Assembly: GCF_006345805.1 (NCBI RefSeq)
Contig: NC_043008.1
Span: forward strand, 48,484,001-48,548,000
Length of the DNA: 64,000 bases
Source: Octopus sinensis
Lineage: Eukaryota
Direction: 5' to 3'
Below the pieces are notes generated by a model. The model was not told the origin of the DNA and ran no database searches. It saw nothing but the letters and a program-made list of their open reading frames with translations. This document shows positions 40,143 through 53,095 of the stretch, in pieces; the stretch's first letter is position 1, and every line of letters begins with the position of its first letter. Both the position numbers and the translations under genes were made by a program.

Positions 40143-43100
40143 GTGTATAATGTGTGTACAGACAGGCAAACACATATATGTCTGCCTCACCCCCTACCGC
40201 TATTACTACTACCTTTCCATGGTAAGTAATCCAGCAGAGAAGTACAGAAATATTATTCACTGAGCACTACAAGCATCGTTAATCAAATTACTGATTAATA
40301 TCAAACACCTTTCACAATTCTGCAACTATTGATCAATGAGAAACTCTTGGGAATAGGAAGGTAGCTTTGTTCCACTTGGGGGAGGAAGAGAGTCAGTGGG
40401 GATTCTATGCAGTATAAATAATGTAACCAATAGCAATACATACACAAAAGAAAGTATGGAGATATTGAAATAGACATTGAAATGCTTATTGAGTGCAATT
40501 TTACTATTACCCCTAGTAACTTATGAATGGAGCACCTGTGTGTAACAAGGCAACTGTAAAAGCCAGAGATAAATGCTGGTAGGAAGGAAACTTAGTCAGT
40601 GCTGTAGAGGAAATAGTAGAGGAAGAGAAGGGGTCAATTGATAACCTGCAATGATGACAGTAGCTTGAAAATATGTTAATTGTTATCATTGATGAAAGCT
40701 TTCTTCTGTCCATAACAGTAATGTTTTTGTTTCACTGACACAAGGCTTGTAAAGGCAGGTGAGTTTAAAGTAATAAAAAACAATGAAGGATGAGGAATGG
40801 AGGATTCCAACAAAATTAATAGATTTTCATTCAAAACATTCACTGTTGTTGCCTTTCTGTCAGCACACAATCTCCTAATTGAACAATAAACAACAGAATT
40901 TTGGAATGTATTAAGCATTGGAGGAATTCTGATTAAATTCATTACCAATATTGCTCAGAATCCATCTTAAGATATTTTCAAGATTATAGAATTTAATTAT
41001 CACTTTTAAAGACAGCATGACAAATGAAATAAAGATCAGAGATGCTTTGCCTCACATAGAGACATGGAATTGCAAGAGCTACTCAAAGACATTGCAAGTT
41101 CATCTCCTGACAGTGACTAAAGATATTGCCAAATTGGAACCCAGTCTGTATTTTCAGTGGGGATCTCAAGGTCAAAAGTCTTCAATTTCTTCTAGTGGAA
41201 CAATTGAAATGAATAATTAAGATATTTTAAAGAGTCATACAAGATTATAAAACTTGCTAAATTATCACCTTTAGAGATAACACGACATTATAACGAAGCA
41301 AATGAAATGAATATTCAAGATATTTCAAAGCCTTATACAAGCAACACTTATAAAGGCATTCATCTGACATTTATAAAGGCAGTGAACCACTCAATAGACA
41401 CAGTCTGATCAAATAACCACTTCACTAGCACAACTAAATTGCAATAAATTTACTCTAAGATCAAAATTTTATTCATATTGAAATAGAGAATTTGCATATA
41501 ATTTCCAAGTTCAAACTATAGCAACATTGGAAAATCACAGAACTATAATAATAATAACAACAACAACAACAACAACAATAATAAAAGTTGAACTTTTCTA
41601 AAATTTAAAATCTCATTAATCCCATTCCCCATAGCAGGGACAATATCATTCAGACTGATGGAGGTAGATTCATACAGTTTTAACCTAACATAAATGCCAC
41701 CACACACACCATCATAAAATCTTATTCAACTTTACATCTCTTTACATAAAACATCTGACCACCACCACATCACAAATTCAGATTTTGGTCAACTTCAAAC
41801 TGAAGAGAGTGCAAGTTGGCCAAAGTTCAACCTAAAGGGCACGATGACCTTTTACACTTTATCTTCTTCAAAAGAAATCTGAAAAATCTTGTTGTATGTC
41901 TGTATTGAGGATTTCATTGTTCTACTGCCAACATTTTATGAATGCACTCTTTGTACAAGCAATTATTATCTTAGTATTCAATGCTTTGAATGCTAACAGA
42001 CCAGCTGACAACAAACTTGATAAGATTAAACTCAGTTAATAATCCTCTTCTGGCTGATAAATTGCTTTCACTAAAATTATTAAAACTTCTAAATTGTAGA
42101 TTTATGGAGAGGGTGAACAAAAAAAAAAAAAAAAGAAACAGACACTAAAATTAAATGATTATCTGTTCAGTTCATCTCAGTTACCATGGAAAGTGTTTGT
42201 TCTACCTCAAGATGTGATAAACTATATCACTGATAAATCACTGAACTAAAACAAAGATCATAATTTAAGATAAAAAACTATTTATTGCCTAAGTGAAGCT
42301 CAACTTGGTTATTCGCTTAAGAAACAGGTGGGACTGGTTGGCAAAGTAAATTTCAGCTGAGCTATAGAGATACAAATACAATATTGCAAAATAAATCCAT
42401 TATTATCCAACTTTTGTTGTAATGAAATGAAATCTTGATCAAACAGATCTTTTTGAGAGCATTTTACCAAACCGAACAAATAAAGTAACTACTATTCCAA
42501 TATGGAAGTCTCAAAAGAGAAAATTGCAAGATATTCATCATTAAGCAACAGCAGCAGCCTGGCTGGAATTTAACATTCAATAAATTTTAAGTAATTATTT
42601 AAATCAAATACCAATCATTTAAATAATCCTTTCTGTGATGGGCACAAGACTTGAATTTTGGTAGGTGTTCAGCTGATACTTACTTCATCAACCCCCAAAA
42701 GGATTAAAGGCAAAGTTAATCACTACAATTTATTTAAATAATGATAAAAGACATTAAACCACCAATTTCAGGCAACACAGAATCAGGTTGACCGAGGGGC
42801 CACAAACCAATCATGTAGCTATTTTTACCACACAATTGTGACAAGATACATGGATCACAAGTTGTAAGTATAGTTCTTTTTTACCATTCTCAAATCACTA
42901 TTATAATGTCGAGTATCACTTTACATTGGAAAATCTTAACACTTCCGACATTCATATTCAAGTATTATACTTTCAAAAACATTAAACTATCACTAAATCC
43001 TAATTTATTTCAATAAACAAACCAAACAACAATGTCAATAGTGATAATGTAATAAAACACCAATACCCAAAAGACACACTTTCATGGGTCACCCCCTTTT

Positions 43101-43463
43101 TTTCCAAGGTTGTCAAAACCACAAAAAAAAAACAGATGTTGATGATATTGAAACAATTCCGTCCTGTATTTACAATGAATAACAACTGAAGTAGCCATGA
43201 CATTTTAAATTAGTGACTATCAATTATTCAGAGATTTACTGTAGCTTTTAATCCAACATTGCTCTGAAAGGTCACTGACATAAAGAGCATCATATAGAAA
43301 TGAGAGAGTCCAAAATAAAAACCAGCCACCGGATCTGATTTCAGTGAACGAAAGTCTATACACTGGCTCTGTCTGATATTACAGGTGACAAATGATTTAA
43401 AATGATAACTATTATAAATAATGTAACATAAAAATCAAACTGAACTAGCCCAAAGCTTACATT

Positions 43464-43468
43464 ATGAC

Positions 43469-43515
<47 letters not shown>

Positions 43516-44040
43516 TAATAATAATAATTTCAAATTTTAGCACAAGGCCAGTAATTTCGGAGAGGAGGTATGTTGATTACACTGACCCCTGCCCCTCCCC
43601 GTGCTCAACTGGTGCTTATTTTACCAACTCCAAAAAGGATGAAAGGCAAAGTCAATCTCAGTGGAATTTGAACTCAGAACATAAAGACAATCATCATCCT
43701 CATCATCATCATCGTTTAACGTCCACTTTCCATGCTAGCATGGGTTGGACGGTTCGACTGGGGTCTGGGAAGCCAGAAGGCTGCACCAGGCCCAGACTGA
43801 TCTGGCAGTGATTCTACAGCTGGATGCCCTTCCTAACGCCAACCACTCCGTGAAATAATAATAATAATAATAATGATGATGATGATGATCATTTCTACTA
43901 AAGGCACAAGGCCTGAATATTGGGGGGAGGTGGATAGTGAATTGCATCACCCGCCTCCCACTCTCCCACCCCCGTACTTGATTGATACTTTATTTTCTCA
44001 ATTCCAAAATGGATGACAGTTGACTCTGGTGATGTTTGAA
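43464..44040 (-). mobile_element. Cluster of (AAT)n, SINE B, family C tail, (AAT/GAT)n and SINE B
   Basis: SINE B at 43525-43690 and 43885-44040; family C at 43700-43852 (catcgtttaacgtccactttccatgctagcatgggttggacgg...gccaaccactccg). Confidence 0.85.
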
Positions 44041-44929
44041 CGTAAAGGGCCAGTTGAGAGGTTTCTAAGTATTTAGTGTGATGCATGAATGATTCTGCCA
44101 AAGCATAAAGTCCTTCAGACCATGGGCTCCACACACCACCTAGAAAGTAGCTAATTACCAACTTTGATGCTGAAGAAATAAACAAAAATCCCCTAACAGA
44201 ATGATCAACTCAAAATGAACATACAAAACGTGATTGCTTGATCTAGAAAGAGCAGCCAAACGCCACCCAAATTACACCATGTCATCTTTCTAAAGGAAGG
44301 ATACATTGGATAATGTTGTACTAAATAAACTATCTGTGAAAATAAGACAGGATGATCATGGAAAGAATGTCTCTAATCATAGGTCTGTTTGGGCAGGGCT
44401 GAACTAAGGCTCAACAACAACAAACAATATTGTCCATTTATTTTCACTCACCATTTTGGAGGAAAGACAGACAGACAGACAGAGTCAGTCTGAAGAAACA
44501 GTTCAACTGAATTAAGATTAATCCATGACTGAATGGAAAATACAAGTTTAAACATGTCTTTAAGCAGGTTTACAAGAGAATAAGTGTTGTGTGTGTGCGA
44601 GAGAGAGAGAGAGAACAAAAATGTGACATTAGTATAGTTAGATGTATGTAAAAGTGGTTATTACATCTAACGGTAAATATGGGCTTGTATTCAAGCCCAA
44701 CACGTCAATAGTACAAATACCGTGTGTGTACAAGTGTGTGAGTGTGTGTGTGTAGATACAGTGGTTAGTTAATACCATTCATCTACAGAAGAGTTACAAC
44801 TGAGAAAACCCTTTTTATCTTCTTTTTCTCCCTTTTCTCATATTACTTTCCAACACAACATTAAGAAGAAAATACACGCCTACAGTTAAAGTCTGGCTTC
44901 ATTAAAAATAAATGAATGAAAGGCAATAA

Positions 44930-45137
44930 TAATTCTTTGTAATTTTTGGTACAAGGCCACCAATTTTAGGAGGAGGGGGTACAGTCAATTATATTGACTC
45001 CAGTCTGATTCTTATTTTATCAACCTCAAAAGGACGAAAAGCCAAGTCAACCTCAGCAGAACTTGAATCAGGACATGAAGTGCCAGAAGAAAGCATTTTG
45101 TCTGAGATGCTAATAATTCTGCAAGCTCACTGCCATA
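44930..45137 (-). mobile_element. SINE family B
   Basis: ggtacaaggcc...aaaaggacgaaaagccaagtcaacctcagcag...taattctgcaagctcactgcc. Confidence 0.8.
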
Positions 45138-45799
45138 ACGATGACAATAACAACAACAATAACATGATCCTTAATGTTAGATTGTAATTTTCCACCAAAC
45201 AATGTCAAAGAAACAAAAAAAAAATCAAGAAACTCTCAGTTAAGAGTCTAAGAACAAAAAAGAAGAAATCAGATCTATTGTTAATCAATCGACTAAGTTT
45301 ATCAATAGAAACATATTCAAGCAATCAATTCATATGTTTTCATTCTGAGAGAAATTGGGTAAGTTGCTTAAATGGGTAGGTGGATAAAAAAAACTCAATC
45401 TCTATGTTCCTGAAATCAATAAAATTGAAAAAAAAAAAAACCTGTTAATCAATTCCTACTTTATTTAATAGGTTTGTATTGTGGATGTCTAAAGGTATTA
45501 TATTCCTAAATGATAAATAAAAAAAATAAACCAGATCTTTGAAGAGTCTAGTGGTGGTTGGCATTGGTAAAAATTATTTAGCAAAGCCTGTAAATCTATA
45601 TAAGTTTGTTTATATACTTATAAATACACATTTACTTATATACATACATTTCCTTCGGCTATGACTGAACAACTCCATGATGGGGTTAATACTCCAATCC
45701 ATCTTGACTGTTCTAGAAGCAGGTCCATCTTTATAGATTGATTGTCTTCATATGTTGACCCATCTGTACATGACTACTAACTAAGTTTCATATGTCTAC

Positions 45800-45985
45800 T
45801 TTTGAAATATTACCAATTCCATATCTCTGGAAGTCTGCCAATAGACCAGTGTGGAAAGGTAGTTCTCAATAAACAACAAGAGTGTTCTAACTGAACTACT
45901 TTGGCCTCAATAAATAATAAGACGAGTGCAACACACCAGGAAATGCTATTAACTTAAACGGTGAAGATACGTGTAAGAAAATAGA
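45800..45985 (+). repeat. Dispersed repeat; uninterrupted copy of the sequence that flanks the Tc1 insertion
   Basis: Aligns by eye to 47935-48100 plus 49299-49315 (ttttgaaatatta..ccatatctctg.aagtctgcca.tagacca...aacacaccaggaaatg.tatta.c.taaa..gt.aagata|.gtgtaa). Confidence 0.85.
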
Positions 45986-47105
45986 AATTAGAGTGCAAAT
46001 TAAAAAGAAAGAAGACATGACAAGGAATGAAAGACAAAGGCTAAAAGTAGCTTATTATCATTACACTGGTCACGAGAATAAACTAATTACTTCATTAAAC
46101 ATATTCCTACCTAATTACATTTTGGCACTGAAAATAACAGTAATCAAATCATTCTCAAATTATTCAGTCTGGGGGAAAAAAGTTCCATGTTTGTGTATGT
46201 TTACATGTTGTTCCTGAAAACCAACATGTCAAAATAAATATTAAACAATAAACAATAAATAAAGCAAAAATGATCTATTTTGGAAACCTGACAGAAATAT
46301 CTGTAAATGACAGACTGGTTAAAACTTGAGATTGTTTTTTTTTAAGAATTGTTAAGAGAAAATAAGTTAAATATTTAATGAAGCACTAATTACACTATCC
46401 CATGAAAATTTATAAATAAACAAAATGTTGATAATACACAAAGGGATTACCTCAGTTCTTGATATAGGAGTCATGGCGACTGTCTACTCTCCTACCCTTT
46501 TCATACAACCGAACATGTTTATAATAACAAACACAATGTTTCAGTACTCTCCCTCCACCACCACCACTTCATTACATGACCCTCAAACAACGGCTAAATT
46601 TCATACTAGATAAACTACATCATGACTGGTCGTCAATGAACCTAGTTTAATACTTGACAGTCATGCATACAGCATGACATGACTAGCAATGAATAACACA
46701 CCTCAACACAAGCAAAACCTGCACTACAGGCTAACATCTGCACTTTATAACCTGAATTTTTTGTCATCTTTCATTAAAAGGACCACTCTGGAACATGCGG
46801 CACTTAAGTTCAAGCACTGCAACTGCTACCCTCGTTACCTGGCCAACTAAACATCACTATTAGGTCAAATGTCAGTAGAACCCCTCAATGTCTCAACTCA
46901 CAATGAATTTAGATAATTTTAAATATCAAAAGTTCTCACTAAGGACCAGACCAGTGGAATTTCAATGAACCTATCTAAAAAAAAAAGAAAAGAATTTAAA
47001 GACAGCAAAAGGAATTTGTATAGAAACACCTCTGGGAATAATATCCCTCATAGCTGTCAATAACACACATGTTTACTCTAAACCTCCTCAGTCAACTTAG
47101 TTTAA

Positions 47106-47276
47106 CCCTTTAGCATTTAAACTGGCCAGATCCAGCATCTCACACCAACCCTACAATGTCGTTCTAAAAATAAAAATCCACATCATCAGTATCTCAAAAC
47201 TACAAGTTAATATTAATTGAAAATAAAATTAATAAATATGCATTAGAGTTGACTGAATAATGTGAATGTTAAAGGG
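47106..47276. mobile_element. piggyBac-type MITE (second family)
   Basis: TTAA|CCCTTTAGCATTT ... AATGTTAAAGGG|TAAA; the right TTAA is mutated. Confidence 0.7.
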
Positions 47277-48100
47277 TAAAACCAAACCAAAGTAACTTCT
47301 AGACTGGCAGATGCGTTAATTAAATATCAGTTCCCTGATGACTTTATTATAACAGAGTTAACGATTTAGTGTTTCCAATTTATTACACAACCAGTAACTG
47401 CAACAGGCTGAAAGGAAGTAGGTGTTGTAATGTTGGAACTATTCAAACTGATTAGTCTTTTATTCCAGAACCACACAACACAAGAACAATCAAGAGAAGT
47501 GACATTTGGTAAGGCTGCCCACTCTGTCATTCTATTCTTGTCCTCTTGTATTGAATGCAACATCTGTATGACCAACCATGCTGATGGAGTTCCTCTCTTG
47601 ACCCTATCCTACACCAATCTACACATCACATAAAACACAGGTGCTTCAAGACAAACTAACCTGAAAGAAAAAAAAAGAAAAAACAAGATTTCTATTGGAG
47701 TTCAATACATTGCAAGCACTTCCTCTTTTCTGATCATTCCTACAAGTCTTAAAATGGATCAATGATACTTCCTCTTGTGGTTAAGTCAACAAAAATAGTT
47801 GACTGGTGTTCAACTCTAGAAAGCAGGTGGGTTTGTTTACTTGGGGGTCTTCATTGCCCCTTGCCAAGCAACTCAGGAGGTTCGAGGTCAGATAGTTGAA
47901 GCTACCTTTACTGTTATAGAGGCAGACCCTACTCAATTTTTGAAATATTATCAATCCATATCTCTGAAAGTCTGCCAGTAGACCACTGTAAAATTCTCGA
48001 TAAATAACAAGGATACACTGACTAAATTACTTTGACCTTAATAAATAATATGATGAGTGTAACACACCAGGAAATGTTATTAGCCTAAATAGTAAAGATA

Positions 48101-49298
48101 CAGGGGTTGGACAAAATAATGGAACCACCTTCAAGTTTCAAACAAATTTATTTTAATATAGGGTAGGACCTCCTTTGGCAGTAATTACAGCTTGAATTCT
48201 ATGAGGTATGGACTCGTACAAAGTTTGAACCATTTCTAAAGGAATTTTTGTCCATTCTTCTGCTAAAACAGTCTCCAGTTCTTGTAGTGATGATGGTGGA
48301 AGATATCGACTCCTTACTTGTTTTTCTAAAATGCACCATAAATGTTCAATAATATTGAGATCTGGGGACTGTGGTGGCCAGATAAGATGGTCAACTTCAC
48401 TAGAATGTTCCTCATGCCATTCAGTAACAACTCTAGCTGTGTGAATAGCTGAATTATCATCCTGAAAGACTGTTTCCCACCAGAAACGATTCCACAACCA
48501 TAGGACGAATTTGATCACATAAAATGCTTGAATAGTCTTGACTTTTAATTCTGCCATGAAGAGAAACCATTGGGCTGGCAGATTTCCAAGATATAGCTCC
48601 CCAGATTATCACAGATCCTCCTCCATGTTTAACAGTTGGAAGAAGGCAGTCTGGGTCAAATGCTTCTTTTGGCTGTCTGCATATGTATACTCAGCCAGTG
48701 GTAGAAAATAAGGTAAAGGATGACTCGTCCAAGAAAATAACATTCTTCCACTGCTCTAGGGACTAATTCTGTAGGTTTTTACTCCACTCTAAACTCTTTG
48801 CAACATTTGTTTTTGAAAGTAGTGGTTTTCTGATTGCAGCCCACCTGTGAAATCCGGCTTTGTGGAAACTGGGTTCTCGAGGTGGTCATCAAGCTCTGCA
48901 GTAATTTTGGGAGCTGTACTTTTGTGATCCTTTCTATTAATTCACGTAAGAGTCTGACAGTCCCTATCGGAAAGTTTGGGTTTTCTTCTGGAGTTTTGTT
49001 TCGACAAGGAGATTTTTCCCTCTTTCTCGAAGGCTATCATTACTTTCAAGACAGTACTTCTTGATGCACCAATAATTTGACCTATTTGAAAGTCCGACGG
49101 ACCTGTCATTTTAATGAATTTTAATTACCTTTTACTGGTGATATCTGAAAAGAAACTGCAATTTTAGCAAAATATATTAAGCAAAACTAATAATAAATCA
49201 AAAAAATTTAAAATAAACAAGCTTTTGATGGTCGTATAGATATTTCAAAATTATGATACTATGATGCTAGGTGTTTCCATTATTTTGTCCAACTCCTG
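48101..49298 (-). mobile_element. Tc1/mariner-superfamily DNA transposon with DD36E spacing (Incomer-like), full length but inactive
   Basis: 30-bp TIRs (caggggttggacaaaataatggaaccacct vs caggagttggacaaaataatggaaacacct, 2 mismatches) with TA on both sides (48099-48100, 49299-49300). Length 1198 bp; transposase remnant inside. Confidence 0.95.
48153..49109 (-). pseudogene. Tc1-like transposase pseudogene
   Basis: Manual translation gives MTGPSDFQIGQIIGA..., ...VIFLDESSFTLF..., PTVKHGGGSVIIWGAISW, FQDDNSAIHTAR...WPPQSPDLNIIEHLW...AKGGPTLY*. It has at least three in-frame stops, frameshifts and two internal deletions. Confidence 0.93.
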
Positions 49299-49943
49299 TA
49301 TGTGTAATAAAAAATAAATTTGATCAAACTATAATCAAATATTTGTGTAGTCAAAGCCCTGGTACATTTAATTCTTTTCCAAAGCTGTGAAACTTGGTGA
49401 AGATCTCTGCTGCTGGACAACCAATATCTAGAGAAAACATTGTGCTTGCACATTGACTGAGATAAGGTGTGTAACCTCCAAATATGTTCTCTATAATTAT
49501 TCAAAACCTAATGTTTTCTCTGATTTAACCAGGAATGATATTCCAACCATTTAAAAGCTGGAGGCAGCCTTTAGTAACCACATTCTCCGACACCTTGCGT
49601 CGCCTTCTCTCTCCTTAACAGTCACCAACACAGCAGTACAATTATCATAAAGGCTAATCTACTGGTCACTTACTCAACAGATAAAAGTGACCATTGTTGA
49701 AAGCAAAGTTGTTAGCATGTAGAAGAGAGAGAGAGAGAGAGATTAGTAGAATGATGAACAGAAAGAACTGTCACATGCCATGATGGTGGGACCTGATAGA
49801 TAGTGACTGATGCCAAAGATGAGAGATGGGTGGACCTTCATAAGCAAGCAAATTTTCAAAAGAGACATGGCACACCAGACATGGCTGCAAGTTTTGTTGA
49901 CGTCAAGGGTGACAACATTACTTGCACAAAATTTCTCAAAGAC

Positions 49944-49962
49944 AAGAGCCCCCTGGTGGCTA
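49944..49962 (-). promoter_or_regulatory. CTCF-like binding motif
   Basis: TAGCCACCAGGGGGCTCTT; 16 of 19 positions match the canonical TGGCCACCAGGGGGCGCTA, with an exact 12-nt core. Confidence 0.45.
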
Positions 49963-51034
49963 ACATAAAGTAAGTCACTGGTAGAGAGAGCTTCATGCAA
50001 TCATAACACTGATGATGATGTATGACTCTACACCTTTATTTCTCTGTCCAGAATTAGTGCTTTAGTAACAGGAGTAATTATATAACTACTATGAATTTGA
50101 TAATCTCAGAGCCATATTATACTAAAGATGATGATAGTATTTAATTGGTAAATAACAAATATGCAAAAATGTAAAGACTGATAAAAAAAAATGACATGAT
50201 ATCCAAATTAGACACTGTTACTAATCAAACTATCTTATTTTATTCACAAGATGCCTGGAATATTGGGCTTCAATTCTAAGAACTAGCTCACCTAAGAAAC
50301 ACACACAGACACATTTTTTAAATAGCTGGTGGAAATTATCAAAACCTAACAGGCAGCCCTACAAGATAAACTAATTTACTCATGTTACACTTATCTTCTC
50401 TGAAAACATCAATATATTACTGATAACCTTCTAAGTAAAGAAAAGTGTCTGTGACTACATTCTAAGGAATTAAAAGAAATATTCTCTCCTGTTGGTATGG
50501 CTTAGATGGTTTATAAACTTAAAAAAGGAAAGGTCATAAAAGTATATATTGAATTTCTTTCACAAGAGAAATAAACAGATTTTATTTTCTGTTAGTAAAA
50601 TTAACGGCATTGTGGTCGTCAATGATAAAGTAGACCATAAAATAAAAACAAGTTTAATTCAGTGAGATTATGGAGAAAGCTGCTGAGGTGAAGTTTGAGT
50701 GCATCAGTTATAACCGTGGGTGCAGCTGATCTGTTTGAGATATTTGACAAGATGAAGTATTAGCTATTTGATAAGCAGAACATATTACTACAGATTAGTC
50801 ACTTCAAAAGACTACCATCAATGTAGAAACTTCTTTTGCAAAATGGTTATCTTTAGAGCTTGCAAACATGGAGAAATGATACTGATACTTCATCTTTTAT
50901 AATTATTTATAATCAGAAAAAGGAAATGTGTTCAATGTGATAAATCTGAAACTGTATTACTTGTCCAGGACAGGAAACATAATATCAAATGGAGAATAAA
51001 TAAATAAATTTTTTCTTCTTCTTCTTCTTCTTCT

Positions 51035-51260
51035 TCATGTAGCATCAGTTTTCATGCTAGCATGGGTAAGATGGTTTCACTGGGACTGGTAAGCCATAGA
51101 GCTGCATCAGGCTCCAGTCTGTTTTGACTTGGTTTCTACAGCTGGATGGCCTTTCCTTCTGGCTACCTTTTACATGTCAACCGGCACTGGCCACAACTGC
51201 AATTTCACTAAGCTTAACATGTCTTCTCAAGCACAATAAATGGCCAGAGGTCTCAATCTT
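51035..51260 (-). mobile_element. Family C element
   Basis: ttttcatgctagcatgggtaagatgg...ggtttctacagctggatggcc...cttttacatgtcaaccggcac. Confidence 0.75.
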
Positions 51261-51904
51261 CCAAATCTTTTGAAGCATAAGCCAACAAGGTAGCCTTTAT
51301 GTGGTCACTGATCCTGCTAGAAATAACAGTGAAATCTTCTTTAACTCTTTCAATTTCAGCCAACCTGAGACTGCTCCTGAATTCTGGATGCAAACTTCCT
51401 GTTTCCCAGTGATCCGAATTAAAAGCTTCCTTTAAAATTTCATGATATCCTGAAATGCTATCTTAATAGTGACAAAATCAGTTTGCCAAATTTTCGAAAT
51501 TAATTGAAACAAAAGCCATGTAGTTCAACAGAAATGGAAATTAAACCACACACAATTGCCTTAAACACACACACACACTGTTTAATTTAGTGACCATTTC
51601 TAAAACAAAAGCTGGTATGTCATGATTTGAATGCTTTCATTTTATTTTCTCTTTTAAGGATAAGTTAAAGAAAAAAAGGGCAACACCCATACAGGTTTTA
51701 AAGGTCATTGAGGCTGATAGGAGGAAGGGGTTTTCAGACCAACAGAAGGGATCCTGACTCAACTATTCACAGGGTGGACTCTGTTGAAGGTGTAGTAACA
51801 TCAAATCAGGAGACTGGTTAAGACTGCCACCCTAAAACAGGGACAGTCACTTTAATGGCATTTCTCACAATTTCCAGCAACTAAAATTCCATATACAAGA
51901 CTTT

Positions 51905-52012
51905 CATTGACCCAAGGCTATGGTGTAAGGCACTTGTCTAAGGAGCCATAGAGTGGGATTAATCTCAAAACCATGTAGTGTTGAAGTAAACTTCTTAACC
52001 ATACAACCATGC
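51905..52012 (-). mobile_element. SINE family A head fragment
   Basis: gacccaaggctatgg...cacttgtctaagg...gtgggatt...aaccatgt. Confidence 0.7.
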
Positions 52013-52887
52013 AAAAATTAACATTTATTTGCTTAAAATTATGTGAAACTTTTCAAAGAATAAGAAACACATCAAAAAGTGCCAGCTTAGATGAAGTTGA
52101 CAACCTTAGCTAGATGTCTGGTGGAAACATACAAAGACAATCTGTCTAGCAGCATTAACATTTTGCTTCCCTCTCTTATGACTTCAGTATAACAATAGAC
52201 ATTCAGAATTCCCTTCAAGACTTTTTAAACTTTTCATCAGTCAGCTGACATATTTCAAAGTTGTTATTGAGGAAAGCTAAGATACCTGTGAATAAGGATC
52301 ATACTTAGTGAGTACTGAATTAATCTTCATGGACAATAAAGTTTTAGAAATTATTTTCTATTCTAAAAATACTAATGATGTTAGACAGATTGTCATTGTA
52401 GTAGGTTATTTACAGAAATACCTGAATATCTATCTACCAGACACTTTTAGAATGGGTTTTTTGTTTTTTTTTCTACACAGCCATGACCAAATAAATGGCA
52501 ATTCTTTTACACAAGCAATGCATGTTAAAAGGTCTCTTTTTAAAATATAGGCAAACTAGAATGATATCTGATATGTAAACAAAATTCTTAAAAACAAAAT
52601 AATCAAAAGTTATTTTCCATTTGGCACTTCCCCTAAAAATCTGAAATTTTGATACTGTTAAAAAAAATAACATGTTTTGATTTTTGTTTTGAACTAGTGC
52701 TGTTATGACAGAGTAAAATAGAGAGAAATATAATGAACTACTAAGAAGGAGAACTAAGCAAGTTTATTTCTGTAACACCTACTCAATATAATCCATCTAT
52801 CAAACCTGTGTCTTATCTCTAATATATACAGGTGTGATGAACTAAAAAGATGCTTTACCCAACACAGAAACTACAGGAACTACTTAA

Positions 52888-53095
52888 CCCTTTAGTATTC
52901 AGATTACTCTGTTAAATGTAATATTTTTTTTACTCAAATTGCTTTGAATTAATCAAGCTTTGGGGTTTCAATGATGTGGTTGTTTATTTTTAGAATGTCA
53001 ATGTAGGTCAGGTGTGAGAGGCTAGGTATCGCCGGTTTGAATATAAAACATATAGAATATTTGGGCCAGATATGTCCAGTTTAAATACTCAAGGG
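52888..53095. mobile_element. piggyBac-type MITE (second family, opposite orientation)
   Basis: TTAA|CCCTTTAGTATT ... AAATACTCAAGGG|TTAA. The reverse-complemented right end matches the left end of the 47106 copy. Confidence 0.8.

Noticed and set aside
43464-43811. 115-aa poly-Ile ORF and other microsatellite ORFs (23788, 39991, 40000, 61876-62151)
   Set aside because: Translations of simple repeats.
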